This document shows positions 1-12,200 of a stretch of DNA of 64,000 nt, in pieces. A model generated the notes under the pieces. That model saw only the letters and a program-made list of their open reading frames with translations. It was not told where the DNA came from and ran no database searches. Numbering within the stretch: position 1 is the first letter of the stretch; every line of letters starts with the position of its first letter. The position numbers were made by a program, and so were the translations under genes. Source of the DNA: Octopus bimaculoides (taxonomy: Eukaryota). The stretch lies in the NCBI RefSeq assembly GCF_001194135.2, contig NC_068990.1, positions 55,381,370 to 55,445,369 of the forward strand, given 5' to 3'.

Positions 1-230
1 GTCTTTCTTCCGTCAGTGTTCAATGACTATGGAACAAGGTATTGTTAATGCTCAAGACCATCATTATCAGACCACTCTTTTTAATCAGTTGACTGATTTG
101 GCAGATATTCTTCTTGATGGTTATACTTCTCAACTAACATCTCTAGAAAAGTATGACAAGACAAGCTCGCGTTATACTCAACTATGTAAAATGTATGAAG
201 AAGACCGAGCTCTTCTTACATCTATGCTTA
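1..230 (+). CDS. NUP133: NUP133 exon (5'-partial)
   Basis: SFFRQCSMTMEQ...DILLDGYTSQL...RALLTSML; donor GTAAGT at 231, phase 1. Confidence 0.9.
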
Positions 231-3200
231 GTAAGTATTTTTAGTTTTTTTATATTAGCCTCTTACCATTGCTCCCACCATCATCATTAATATAAATATT
301 ACTGCTTCAATTAAGGCGATGAGATGGTAGAATCATTAGCATGCCAGGCAAAATGTTTAGCAGCATTTCATCTATCCTTATGTTCTGAGTTCAAATTCTT
401 CTGACACCGACTTTGCCTTTCCCCTAAGGAGTTGATAAAACAAGTACCAGTTGAGTGCTGGAGTCAATGTAATCGACTTATCCCCTCCCCCAAAATTGCT
501 GGCCTTGTTCCAAAATTTGAAATCAATATTTGAAATCAAAAGGCGCAAGAGTGGCTATGTGGTAAGTAGCTTGCTTACCAACCAAATAGTTCCGGGTTCA
601 GTCCCACTGCATGGTACCTTGGGCAAGTGTCTTCTACTATAGTCTCGGGCCGACCAAAGCCTTGTGAGTGGATTTGGTAGACGGAAACTGAAAGAAGCCC
701 ATCGTATATATGTATATATGTATATGTTTGTGTGTCTGTGTTTGTCCCCCTCCACCGTCGCTTGACAACCGATGCTGGTGTGTTTACATCCCTGTAACTT
801 AGCAGTTCGGCAAAAGAGACCGATAGAATAAGTACTAGGCTTCCAAAGAATAAGTCCTGGGGTTGATTTNNNNNNNNNNGACCGATAGAATAAGTACTAG
901 GCTTCCAAAGAATAAGTCCTGGGGTTGATTTGCTCGACTAAAGGCGGTGCTCCAGCACGGCCGTAGTCAAATGACTGAAACAAGTAAAAGAGAGTATTAC
1001 TGTTTCCATTAATATGGTAAGTATTGAGTTGGTTGTTGTTTAGTCCCAGATTGGCTTTCATTGAATGTGATCAAATGCTTTCCAGTTCCGACCGCCCTGT
1101 TATTTTCTTGAATTTCTTTTCTTTAGGAATATAATACCTATAAAGTACATTGACAATTTTTTTTTTTTAGGGCAGTAGGGTATAATTTGAGGGAAGTTTG
1201 GTTCTATTTCAAGTAGGTTTAAGACTGAATAGCTGTTCTATTATTGGCAGAAATGCCTGTACTTTAAATTATTTGAGTTGTAGTTCATTTCATGTTGGAG
1301 ATTGACTCTAGTGCCCATCACTCCTGGATGGTCAATAAAATAACTATCAAGAAACATTCTCTCTTTAAGTGACACCATTCCTCTTTAAAAATTAGCTTAG
1401 TGACTATATTTTACTAAAGTAGTTGGTACTGTTAGCCATTGTTAAGAATTGGAATTAGAAATAAAACAGGGTATCTAAAAACAGTTCTAAGAGCTCCCAA
1501 CTAAACATGTAAATGACAATTTCTCTGTGGAGAACTGATATCATCATCATCATCCTCATCATCCAGTGTTTCAAATCCGGGTTTTGTCCCTATTAACGGG
1601 GGTGGCTGGGTCTACCTCAGTGCCATAGCAACTGAGGTGGGCAGGTGCAGCCCACCTCAACCTTTGGACTGGCTGGTGTCCATTCTTCGTTGCTGTCATG
1701 AGGCTTTTCTTTTTCATCAGCTGCATCACTTTTATGATAATGATAATGTCTTTCCATGCTTACATAGTTTGGACAGATTTAGAAAACTAGTTCCCTTTGC
1801 CTGCTGTCTTCAGTTGTTTGACAAATCTCAACCCCTCCCCACCTCTGTCTTTCTCTTTCAATATTCTCACTTAACAAAACTCATCTGCTTCATTGCTTAT
1901 TTCAGAATTAAAAAAAAAATATTTTATTTTATTTTTTTTTGGTAATTTCATATCTCTCCTGTTCCACATTTTAGTGAATCACCAAGAATATGCAAAAGCT
2001 GCATCTCTGGCTGAAAAATATTATGACTTCAATACTTTGGCTAAAGTCTGCGACATTACAGATGATACTGAAAGACTTGAAAAATATTGTACGCTTTTTG
2101 TACATAAAGTAGGTTCCTTTTTTTCTTCTTTCTTAATTTTATGCTATTTTTACCATACTCTCATGGATGGGACAATAACTATTATAAATATTAACATTTG
2201 AATATTATTGGAGTAAAGTTATTTGACAGGGTGTGTAGCTTGGGGATCAGAGATTCTTCTCAGGTGAGGCCACTTCTCCACCTTAGAAGGTCATGGCTTT
2301 GGTACTGCAGACATGAGATTCTTTCCTGCAACATTCAACATTCTAATCACTAGGCAGACTCTTCAGGCTGAGCTACCTGGCAGGAGATCTACAGGTAGAC
2401 CAAGAATGAAATGATTGGATAATATACATAATCTCAGTTGGTCACACTTGAGAATCCATCCAGAAAGCCTAATGACAGTTGCTTCTGACAGAATCCTATG
2501 GAAGAAGGGCCTGAAGACTATACTGCCATGTTGGACTGCTTTGCAGCTGGATGTCTTGCTTACTGATAATCACTTGAAGATATTTATCAGGTATCTGTTA
2601 TACTAGTCTGCTGTATTGCACTTGCTCTTACATGCTTAGATGCACATGCTATTGCTGTAATCGTCATTAGACATAGCTTCTCTTTTTCTATACATCTTCC
2701 CATCTGTCCCAATCCTTTGTCATCACTTCCATTGGATCTAACTTTCTAAGGTGTCATAAATGAGTCTGTTGTTACTCTTCAATTTGCTTGGTACTCAATT
2801 ATAACTCAGTACTGTGAGTTATAATTGTAAAATTTGTGTTGATTCAGACTTAACCCTTTGGTATGTAACCTTTTAGCATTTAAACTGGTCATATCTGGCC
2901 CAAATATTCTACCTGTTTTATGTTCAAACTGGCCTGATCTGACCTCTCACACCTGCCTTGCAAGGTCATCATAAAATAAACAGTCACATCACAGAAATCT
3001 CAAAGCTATGAGATAATGCATGATTAATTCAAATCAATGTGAATGGATAAACATATTTGACAGAACAAGCTGAATGCTGAAACTATCCATACCTGGTGCA
3101 AATATTCTACCTGTTTTATGTTAAAACTGGCTAATTTTTGCCTGTCACACCTGCCCTACACTGGCATTCTAAAACTAAATAATCACATCATCAAAATCTT

Positions 3201-6200
3201 GAAACTACAACATAATGCATGGTGAATTCAAAAGAATGTGAATAAATAACCATTACGTTTGAAAGAGTAATCAATTACAGGATGTACTTTGTACAGGGGA
3301 TTGTCGTTTGGGTTGTTTTTGCTGGGGGCATTAGCGGAATCAGTTAAATGTAAATACTGAGATATTTTTGAATACCTTGTTTTCGAAATTATACTTGAGA
3401 TATATGGATTGCCGACTCCAGTAGTTCCACAGTCGAGGAAGCTGTTTAACACCAAACAATATTGATTGTGGAAAACGCTCTCATTTCCGCAGTATAAGTT
3501 GGCTGCCATAGTGGATCGTTTCTTCTGCGAATAGAAATTATACGTTGCACATATTTGTTTGTTTCCTCCGTAACATTTTCAAAAAAACTCCGGTAAAAAT
3601 AAAAATAGTCCAATGGTTGAACATCAGGAGGTAAAGTGTGTTGTTCAGCAGTGTTTTCTGTGAAATCAGGAATAGTGATTGGTGTTGTAATCTTTGACCA
3701 TGTTTACGATATCATTTTCATCACTTTCATTCTCAAAAGCTTCCTCGTGCGACAAATATTCACTAATATTGATATCAGATTCGTCTGAAGACAAAATACT
3801 CTTGTTTCATTTATATTTTCTATATCGTCAAGAGTAAAACCTTAAAAGTCAGAATCGCTATTTGCTGATGCCATTTCATTAAAAACTAAGGTACAGACAT
3901 CTCTTAGGCAGGAAAGGCTTCATCTCGCATTATCTCAAAGCTACGAGAATTCAATAATGTGATTTGTTTATTTTTTTAGCAATTTCATGGAGCAGTCGGA
4001 TACGGCCGGATTTGGCCGGTTTGAACACTAAAGGGTTAATACTAAAAAACATGCCATGGCAGATCTCCATTTTAATACTTTTTTTGTACTGGCTAAAAGG
4101 TGTTAGCCATTTAGTAAAAATGTGGAAAAATTTTTTGAATAAAATGAAAAGTTAAAATGATATTCATTTGCAGCGTTTTATTTGGGAGAAATTATCATTT
4201 TTTCATAAAGGTTTTTAAAAAAAAATTTATTTAAACATTTAGAATCTTGTTAGAACATCATTTATAGCTTAAACATTGTTGTTATTTATATATTCTTTTA
4301 TTATTTCAGGGTTTCCGTGAAAGCATGTATAATTACTATTTAAATATGGGTAAGTTTATTGGCTTTGATTTACAACATCTAAAATATTTAATTACCTATC
4401 ACTCTTAAATGCTTAAGCTTTGAGTGATAGAGTTGCCCTGATATTGTATTTTTTTATTATTTAAAAGAATATATATATATAAGTTACTCATGCATACACA
4501 CACACACACACAAGAGTCTTCTGCACAATTTTTGTCTATCAATTTATTCTCACTTACTTTCATATCCCTCAATAGTATAAACCCAATTTAGTTGTTGGGA
4601 GGGCTGGAGTTGTCTTGTGAGAACCTGGTGACCTCACCACTGCTGGTGCCAGGAAAGAAAGCACCCAGTACACTCTGTGAAGTGGTTGCCATTAGGAAGG
4701 GCATCCAGCTGTAAAAACCATACCAAAGCAGACATTTAAGTTGGCAAAGCCCTCTCGCTTGGCCATTCCTCTTGAATCATCCAACCAAAGCCAGCATGGA
4801 AAAAAAGGATGTTGAATGATGATGATGATGAAGGCATGACCACTCCAAGGCAATGAAGCATCACTTAGTGAGATCAAACTCAGAAACATGTGAAGAGGGC
4901 TTTGTAACTATTCAGCCATATCTGTACCTACTTATGCGTACTTATTTTCAGCAAAAGAGGGACGAAAGGTTTAGGTTGATTCAAGCAAGATTTGAACTAA
5001 TTAGATATAGAAACTGACATAACACAATATGTGTTTGTGTGTATATATATGTAAACTTACATAGGCACTGGCTTGGCTGTGTGGTAAGAAGTTTGTTTTC
5101 AAACCATGTTGTTCCGGGCTCAGTCCCACTGTGTGGCACTTTGGGCAAATGCAAATATCTTTTACTGCAGCTCTGAGCTGACCAAAGTCTTGTGAGTGGA
5201 TTCAGTAGATGGAAACTGAAAAAGCCCATTAAATATATATGCACTGCCTTAAAGGGTTATGGTCGAAGAAATCAACGCCAGGTCTTATTCTTTGTAAGCC
5301 TAGTACTTATTCTATCGGTTTCTTTTGCCAAACTGCTAAGTTACAGGGACAAATACAAGAGCATTGGCTGTCAAGCGATGGTGGGGGGACAAACACAGAT
5401 ATACACATGTAAATATATATATATATATANNNNNNNNNNNNNNNNNNNNNNNNNNNNNNNNNNNNNNNNNNNNNNNNNNNNNNNNNNNNNNNNNNNNNNN
5501 NNNNNNNNNNNNNNNNNNNNNNNNNNNNNNNNNNNNNNNNNNNNNNNNNNNNNNNNNNNNNNNNNNNNNNNNNNNNNNNNNNNNNNNNNNNNNNNNNNNN
5601 NNNNNNNNNNNNNNNNNNNNNNNNNNNNNNNNNNNNNNNNNNNNNNNNNNNNNNNNNNNNNNNNNNNNNNNNNNNNNNNNNNNNNNNNNNNNNNNNNNNN
5701 NNNNNNNNNNNNNNNNNNNNNNNNNNNNNNNNNNNNNNNNNNNNNNNNNNNNNNNNNNNNNNNNNNNNNNNNNNNNNNNNNNNNNNNNNNNNNNNNNNNN
5801 NNNNNNNNNNNNNNNNNNNNNNNNNNNNNNNNNNNNNNNNNNNNNNNNNNNNNNNNNNNNNNNNNNNNNNNNNNNNNNNNNNNNNNNNNNNNNNNNNNNN
5901 NNNNNNNNNNNNNNNNNNNNNNNNNNNNNNNNNNNNNNNNNNNNNNNNNNNNNNNNNNNNNNNNNNNNNNNNNNNNNNNNNNNNNNNNNNNNNNNNNNNN
6001 NNNNNNNNNNNNNNNNNNNNNNNNNNNNNNNNNNNNNNNNNNNNNNNNNNNNNNNNNNNNNNNNNNNNNNNNNNNNNNNNNNNNNNNNNNNNNNNNNNNN
6101 NNNNNNNNNNNNNNNNNNNNNNNNNNNNNNNNNNNNNNNNNNNNNNNNNNNNNNNNNNNNNNNNNNNNNNNNNNNNNNNNNNNNNNNNNNNNNNNNNNNN

Positions 6201-9200
6201 NNNNNNNNNNNNNNNNNNNNNNNNNNNNNNNNNNNNNNNNNNNNNNNNNNNNNNNNNNNNNNNNNNNNNNNNNNNNNNNNNNNNNNNNNNNNNNNNNNNN
6301 NNNNNNNNNNNNNNNNNNNNNNNNNNNNNNNNNNNNNNNNNNNNNNNNNNNNNNNAAAGACAGTTTCCCAAGGTGCCACACAACTATTTTAAATATATTT
6401 GTTTGTTTAATGGTTTGAAAATAAGCAATGTAAATTCAATTTTTAAATGTGTGACTAATCATTTTTTACAAAATGTGTTTCCAGGTAAAAGAGGGAAGTT
6501 ATTGACAATGCCTATGACTGTTGAACTAAGTCTTGTTTTGAGCAAATGTAAATCTATTAGCTGGCTTATGGATATAGAAACACAGGATTATTTTTCTGTA
6601 AGTTCAGTTGTTTTGTTTGCCTCTTGAAAAATTATGTATGATGCTTGTTATCCATTTTATCTCTCTCACCACATTGGCTAAAAGCCATTTGTACATTGTT
6701 TAACATACATATAGGCGCAAGTGTGGCTGTCTCGTGAGTAGTTTGCTTCCCAGCTACATGATTCTGGGTTCAATCTCACTTTGTGGCACCTTGGGCAAGT
6801 ATCTTCTGCTGTAGCTTTGAACAGAGTGAATTTAGATTGGCAGAAACTGAAAGAAGCATGTCGTATGTGTGTGTGTGTTTGTGTATCATCATCATCATTT
6901 AATGTCTTTGTCCATGCTGGCATGGGTTGGATGGTTTGACCAGGGCTGGTAAGCTGAGGGGCTACACCAGACTCCAGTCTGATTTGGCATGGTTTCTACA
7001 ACTAGATGCCCTTCTTAATGCCAACTACTCTGAGAGGGTAATGGGTACTTTTATGTGCCATAGATACTAGTTGCGGGACACCAGTATCTGACACGACACA
7101 CACCCACACACACACAATAGATGGATTGTGGCTCACTCACTACAGCTGTTTCAGGCATGTTATTTTTATATTGAATAAAATTATTACATCATGTGACAAA
7201 GCTGTTTTCATCAGGTGAATATATGTATGAATTAAACATTTCAAAACATCTAAAATTTCAAAGCAAATGCCATTTTGTGACTCTCTGACCAAAATTCGGT
7301 CAGAGAATGTATGGTTTGAGCAATATTTTTACAACAAGAAACCTTTTCTCTCATATACTTTGTACATGGATACAATACACTTACAGTTTTGAGGTTTGAA
7401 CACTCAAAGTTGCTAAGGGTGTTTTTTTTTTTTTACTTGTGTGTGTCATGTTTAGTTGGTTGCTCTCCAGTCATGTCTTCCTTCACATCTTTTATCACTA
7501 ATATATCATTAAGACTCGGTTGTTTATGCAAATTCTTGTTTAATTCATTTTAACTCTGTTTAATTTCAAACATTACTTTATTACAGGCTTATGAAACTCT
7601 GATTAATCTGGCAATGGAAGAAAAGAAATTTGTTGCTCGCAAAAAGGTAAACCAATTTATTTTTCTAAGCTGATATTTTTTTTAATCATGATCATTGTTT
7701 AGTGTCCAGGTTCTGTTCTAGCATGGGTTGGATAGTTTGGTAGGATCTACAAGAAAGGGTGTGATTAATTTATGCTTGAAAGAGATAAAAATAGTGTTGA
7801 CAAGGTGTCTGGTTTGTTTACGTCCCTGTAGAGGGTTTGGCAATAAGAGACTGATAGAATAAGTACCTGGCTTAAAAAATATGTATGGCGGTTGATTTGT
7901 TTGGTCAAAAAAAAAAAATCCCTTCGGGATAATAGCTCTGTATGGTTGCAGTCCAGTGACTGAAACAAGTAAAATATGTAAACATAATTCGCAATCCAAT
8001 AATTATTTAGAATTAGCTGGGACATAGTAATACAATTTGTTTTAGAATAATACATCTATGTTAATGACTTTTTAAAAAAAATCTTTTATGACACTTTTGT
8101 TTCTAGTTTCATATAATTTTAAGATTTTGCATTACTTATTAAACACACTAAAAACATAACCGTCATTATATTTGCGCTATAGCTGCCATAATTTCGAAAC
8201 ATTAAGTAAATTGTTTACAGAAGTTTACCAATTTAATTTTTGTTAAATACTTAAGAACTGAGGGACAAATAATGTATTTTTGCTTTGTGTGTGTGTGTAG
8301 TATTAATAGAACATACACGTGTTTTGATAAATTCACTGATAGAATTACATAACTGCTTTTTGAAACAGTATATGATCTTGTCAGTTGACCTCATTGGTAT
8401 ATAGCATAGATAGATAAAATCCAAATTTTGTCTATGAACTTGACATGATATAATTCTTTACTATTTTTCTTGATTTATAAAACTCCTCTCTTCTGTTCAA
8501 GTGATTAACTATCTTCCTTTGTTTTTCTCACTCTCTTGCAATATAATACTTTCAGCATTTATAGTTGTGTATGTTGTCTGTGAAAGAAAATCCCTTTCAA
8601 AATCAGATTTATTCTATTGCTTTGACTGTAGCCAATTATTGAATTTCTCTGCTTATTCTTTTAGCACTGATTATGTCCCCTAATTAACAGAGCTAATATT
8701 TCCCAATCAGCTTATCATCATCAAAAGACTTTGCTCAAATAGGTTTTACGTAAAGGAGATTTGAAACAAAATTCTTTAAATTGGGCTGGTTTAAATGTAT
8801 TTAAACATCAGCTACATTTCTCAGGAGGCACAACAGAATTTTGAATGAATAAATTTAATAAATATGACCTATTGTTGACTTCCTGTGGAATAAATCTTTG
8901 AAGCAAGAGAAATATGAGATCAGAAGTATTGTTGAATTTGTGAGCAAGTTGAAGATCATGCAATCTAAATCTCCTTATTCAGGAAATCTCCTTATTCCTT
9001 TTTCTTCATTGAGAATATTATTGATTCTTTTGATACTAACTTGATAATGGTGATGATGATGATGATATACATTGATTAAATACTGCTTCAATTGCAGATT
9101 AAAATTTTTATTCAGCTGGGCAGCTGTTTGCAATATCATTGAATATTTTATTCACTTTTTCCTTATCAGAGACAATAAAATTGCCCGTTCATGTGACTGG

Positions 9201-12200
9201 ATGCAAGCATGTGACATTGAAATGGCTTAATAAAGGACAAGAATGCATCTGCTGCTTTCCCTGGCTGTTGCTGGGATGAATTTTTTGTCTCTATATGTTA
9301 TTGTGTTATCTCAGGACAAATACAAAAGGGTGCTGAAAAGTTTCTGGCTTTAAGGGTATTGCAAAAGGCCTAGTTGGAGGACCAACATTTCACAGAGATT
9401 AGAAAAACTGAAGGATCACTGCAATAAGTGTGTTAGTCTGAGAGGGGACTAAATTGAATAAAATCATAACTAACTGATCCTCCTTTTTCTTTTATCCAAA
9501 ACCAGGAACTTTTCAGCACCATTATTATTATTATCATCATCATCATCATCATCATTGTTGTTTATGAGAATGAATTTCTGATGTTTTTCTCTTCTGTTAT
9601 TGTAGACACTACTATCCATGGCTAAACTTTGTCTTTTGTGTACTGATAATGCAGATCCTAATCTTATATCTGGTGTGTATTCTTGTTTGTTCATTTAGAA
9701 CCTATTTGTAACATGAATTTAATTAAATTGTTTAATTTTTTGAAATACTAATTTGATAGAAATACTTCTATACAGAATTTGTGTATTCTATTTAGTTTGT
9801 TTTCTGGTTAAATAGGAATTTATTCTAGAAAACAAAATGTATTAAAAATGACAAAATGCATTACAAAAAAGAAGTTTTTTTAATCATAATTATTTCTTGA
9901 AATAGGCATCTTCACCATCATCATCTGATGTCTGTTTTCCATTCTGGTGAAGGCTGGACAGTTTTTACATGTCAAGCTAAGTAAAATCATGGTTGCCCTT
10001 GCATACAGGCATGTCCCCTGCATCCGTCTCCTGCTGAGCATTCTTAATCTTGTGGGCTCATGGGTGCTGATGCCATGTAAATGCACCCATGCCGGTGCTG
10101 CATAAAAGCATCCAGTACACTCTGTGAAGTAGTTGGCAGGTAGAGCATCCAGCCTTAGAAACCTTGCCAAAACAGGCATGGAACCTGGGCAGCTCTAGTC
10201 AAACTGTCCAACCCATGGCAGCATGGAAAATGGATGTTAAATGATAATGATGAATAACAGTAAAGCTTTTTTCTTTCTGGACAAAAGTTAACATTTGAAA
10301 ACAAGTTGGTGATTCAGTTGATAGTCTCTCATTGGGAATGAGACAATTGGGTATGGCTGTTTGGATGCTGGTGATATGGCACAAGTGACTGGACATTGAA
10401 CTGGTTTTGGCAACAATACATTTTGGTATTGGAAGCAAACACACATGCATATGCATGCACACACACATGCATGCATGTGTGCAAGGAAATGCACAGCTAG
10501 ATAGAGAAAGACATTACAATTTGTTAAATGAAAACGATTGACATAAATGCTTTCCCCTCTCCTTATGCATAAAGAGAAAGACATGTTTACACATATAAGC
10601 AGAGAGAGAGGGGGGGGGGAGAAAACAAGAGAAAGATGAAAATATCTGATGTCAAGTAAAACAGCATCGATTCAGCCTCACTCAATACATGGTACCAAAG
10701 CAACTGTGCCACAGCACTGAAGAAATTTGCATTAAGAGTTGACCCTGTTGGTACTTTTGCTGAAGAGATTACATTTTATACCCTATCATTAACACTATAC
10801 ACTGACTGACAACAATACACAATTTTTAATGGTCCACTTTATCTCGCTGTCAATTGATACCATGATGGCAATACAGATCAATACTTCAGACAGCAAAAAA
10901 GCTACTAAAGTCATCATTGTTTTCCTTTCTTATGTTTTTTAAAAGACTTTGCCAGTGTATGTAGGCAGACTCTTGTTAAAGAGCATCAGGTCTAACTATT
11001 TCATTCTAAAAATGTGAAAGATACTATTTAATATTCATGTTAATGTATTTATTTGATTAACTATATTGCAGAAATTAATGCTGAACAAGCTCTAATCACA
11101 CATCAAGAACTGATTCCACAGGAAGTGTTTCAGGTAAATATGTTCTTGCTATCTTTTCTGCCAAGTCGACATAGTATGTAGTGTAAACATTCAAACATCG
11201 TCACTATCTTTCCAAATCCTACTGCATTTTTGGTCTTATTCTTACCAAGTCATCCTGATGTACAAGTCAACTATACCTTTTTTGTTGGATGTAAATTTTG
11301 GTCTGAAAAATTTAACAATGATTACTTAATGTTAGTGGCACTATTTTAATTTTGTGACTTGTATGAATGTGTGTATATATAGGTTATAGTTAGCGGTTGG
11401 AATAATTGTTGAAGGGATAAGAATATCTGTTTTTACTACCGGTATAATTTACCTATGTTAACCCTGGGCATACATATACAAACATGTTATGCGCATAGGA
11501 TATAGGCAATGAACAAAGATAAACAAGAATTTATCAGGAATCAAATTTAAATTAAGCAGAAAATGGAGAAATCTTGATCAACAGCAATTGACTAACATTG
11601 ATTATTATTTTTTAATACAAAACTTTATCCCATCTAACAGCCGTTTCTGCTTCCAATGTCCTACGGTGTTGCCATTGAAAATTCTGAGAATAATGTTCAT
11701 CACATTTTGTAACACATCCAATCTGGACCATGGGGCTTCATCAGAGTGAAGTAAAATACATAAAAGAAAAGAAAAGAGGAAGAGCCTCGAGAATGAATGA
11801 TGGCTTAGTATATTTAAATCATACCATTTTGCAGTGTAACGCTTCAGGACGTTGAGTAAATGACTAAACTAGAAATACTAATTGGTGGGTTAATCTTTCT
11901 TTAGGGGTAACAGGGATATGCTAATAGGTTTAGAAGAAGAAGTGATAGTGCCTTACCATCTAGAAGTAATCAAAATAGTTCTTAAGATTATGTGAATAAT
12001 ACTAATTAATATTTTATCCAAATAAAATGCCTATCAATTAATTAGATTTATTTACTTAAGGATATATTGTAAAGACCAACCACCTATTGTTTGTAGTGGG
12101 ATTGACCAAAGTCCAGCTCTCAATATAATTAGTCAGTTGAATTTAAAAACAAAGGGCAGGCTATTAAAACCGTTATACGGATAGATGTAAATAAAAAAGT

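Noticed and set aside
819-930. Apparent tandem duplications around 10-N gaps (870-879, 26173-26182, 41307-41316, 41561-41570, 42192-42201)
   Set aside because: Identical sequence on both sides of a fixed-length N spacer indicates unmerged contig overlaps rather than biology.
5192-6418. Long ORFs in the track that span N runs (also at 15489-16097, 24076-24549, 50403-51187, 55196-55800 and 61393-62268)
   Set aside because: They stay open only because N codons contain no stops; the flanks are SINE or microsatellite sequence.
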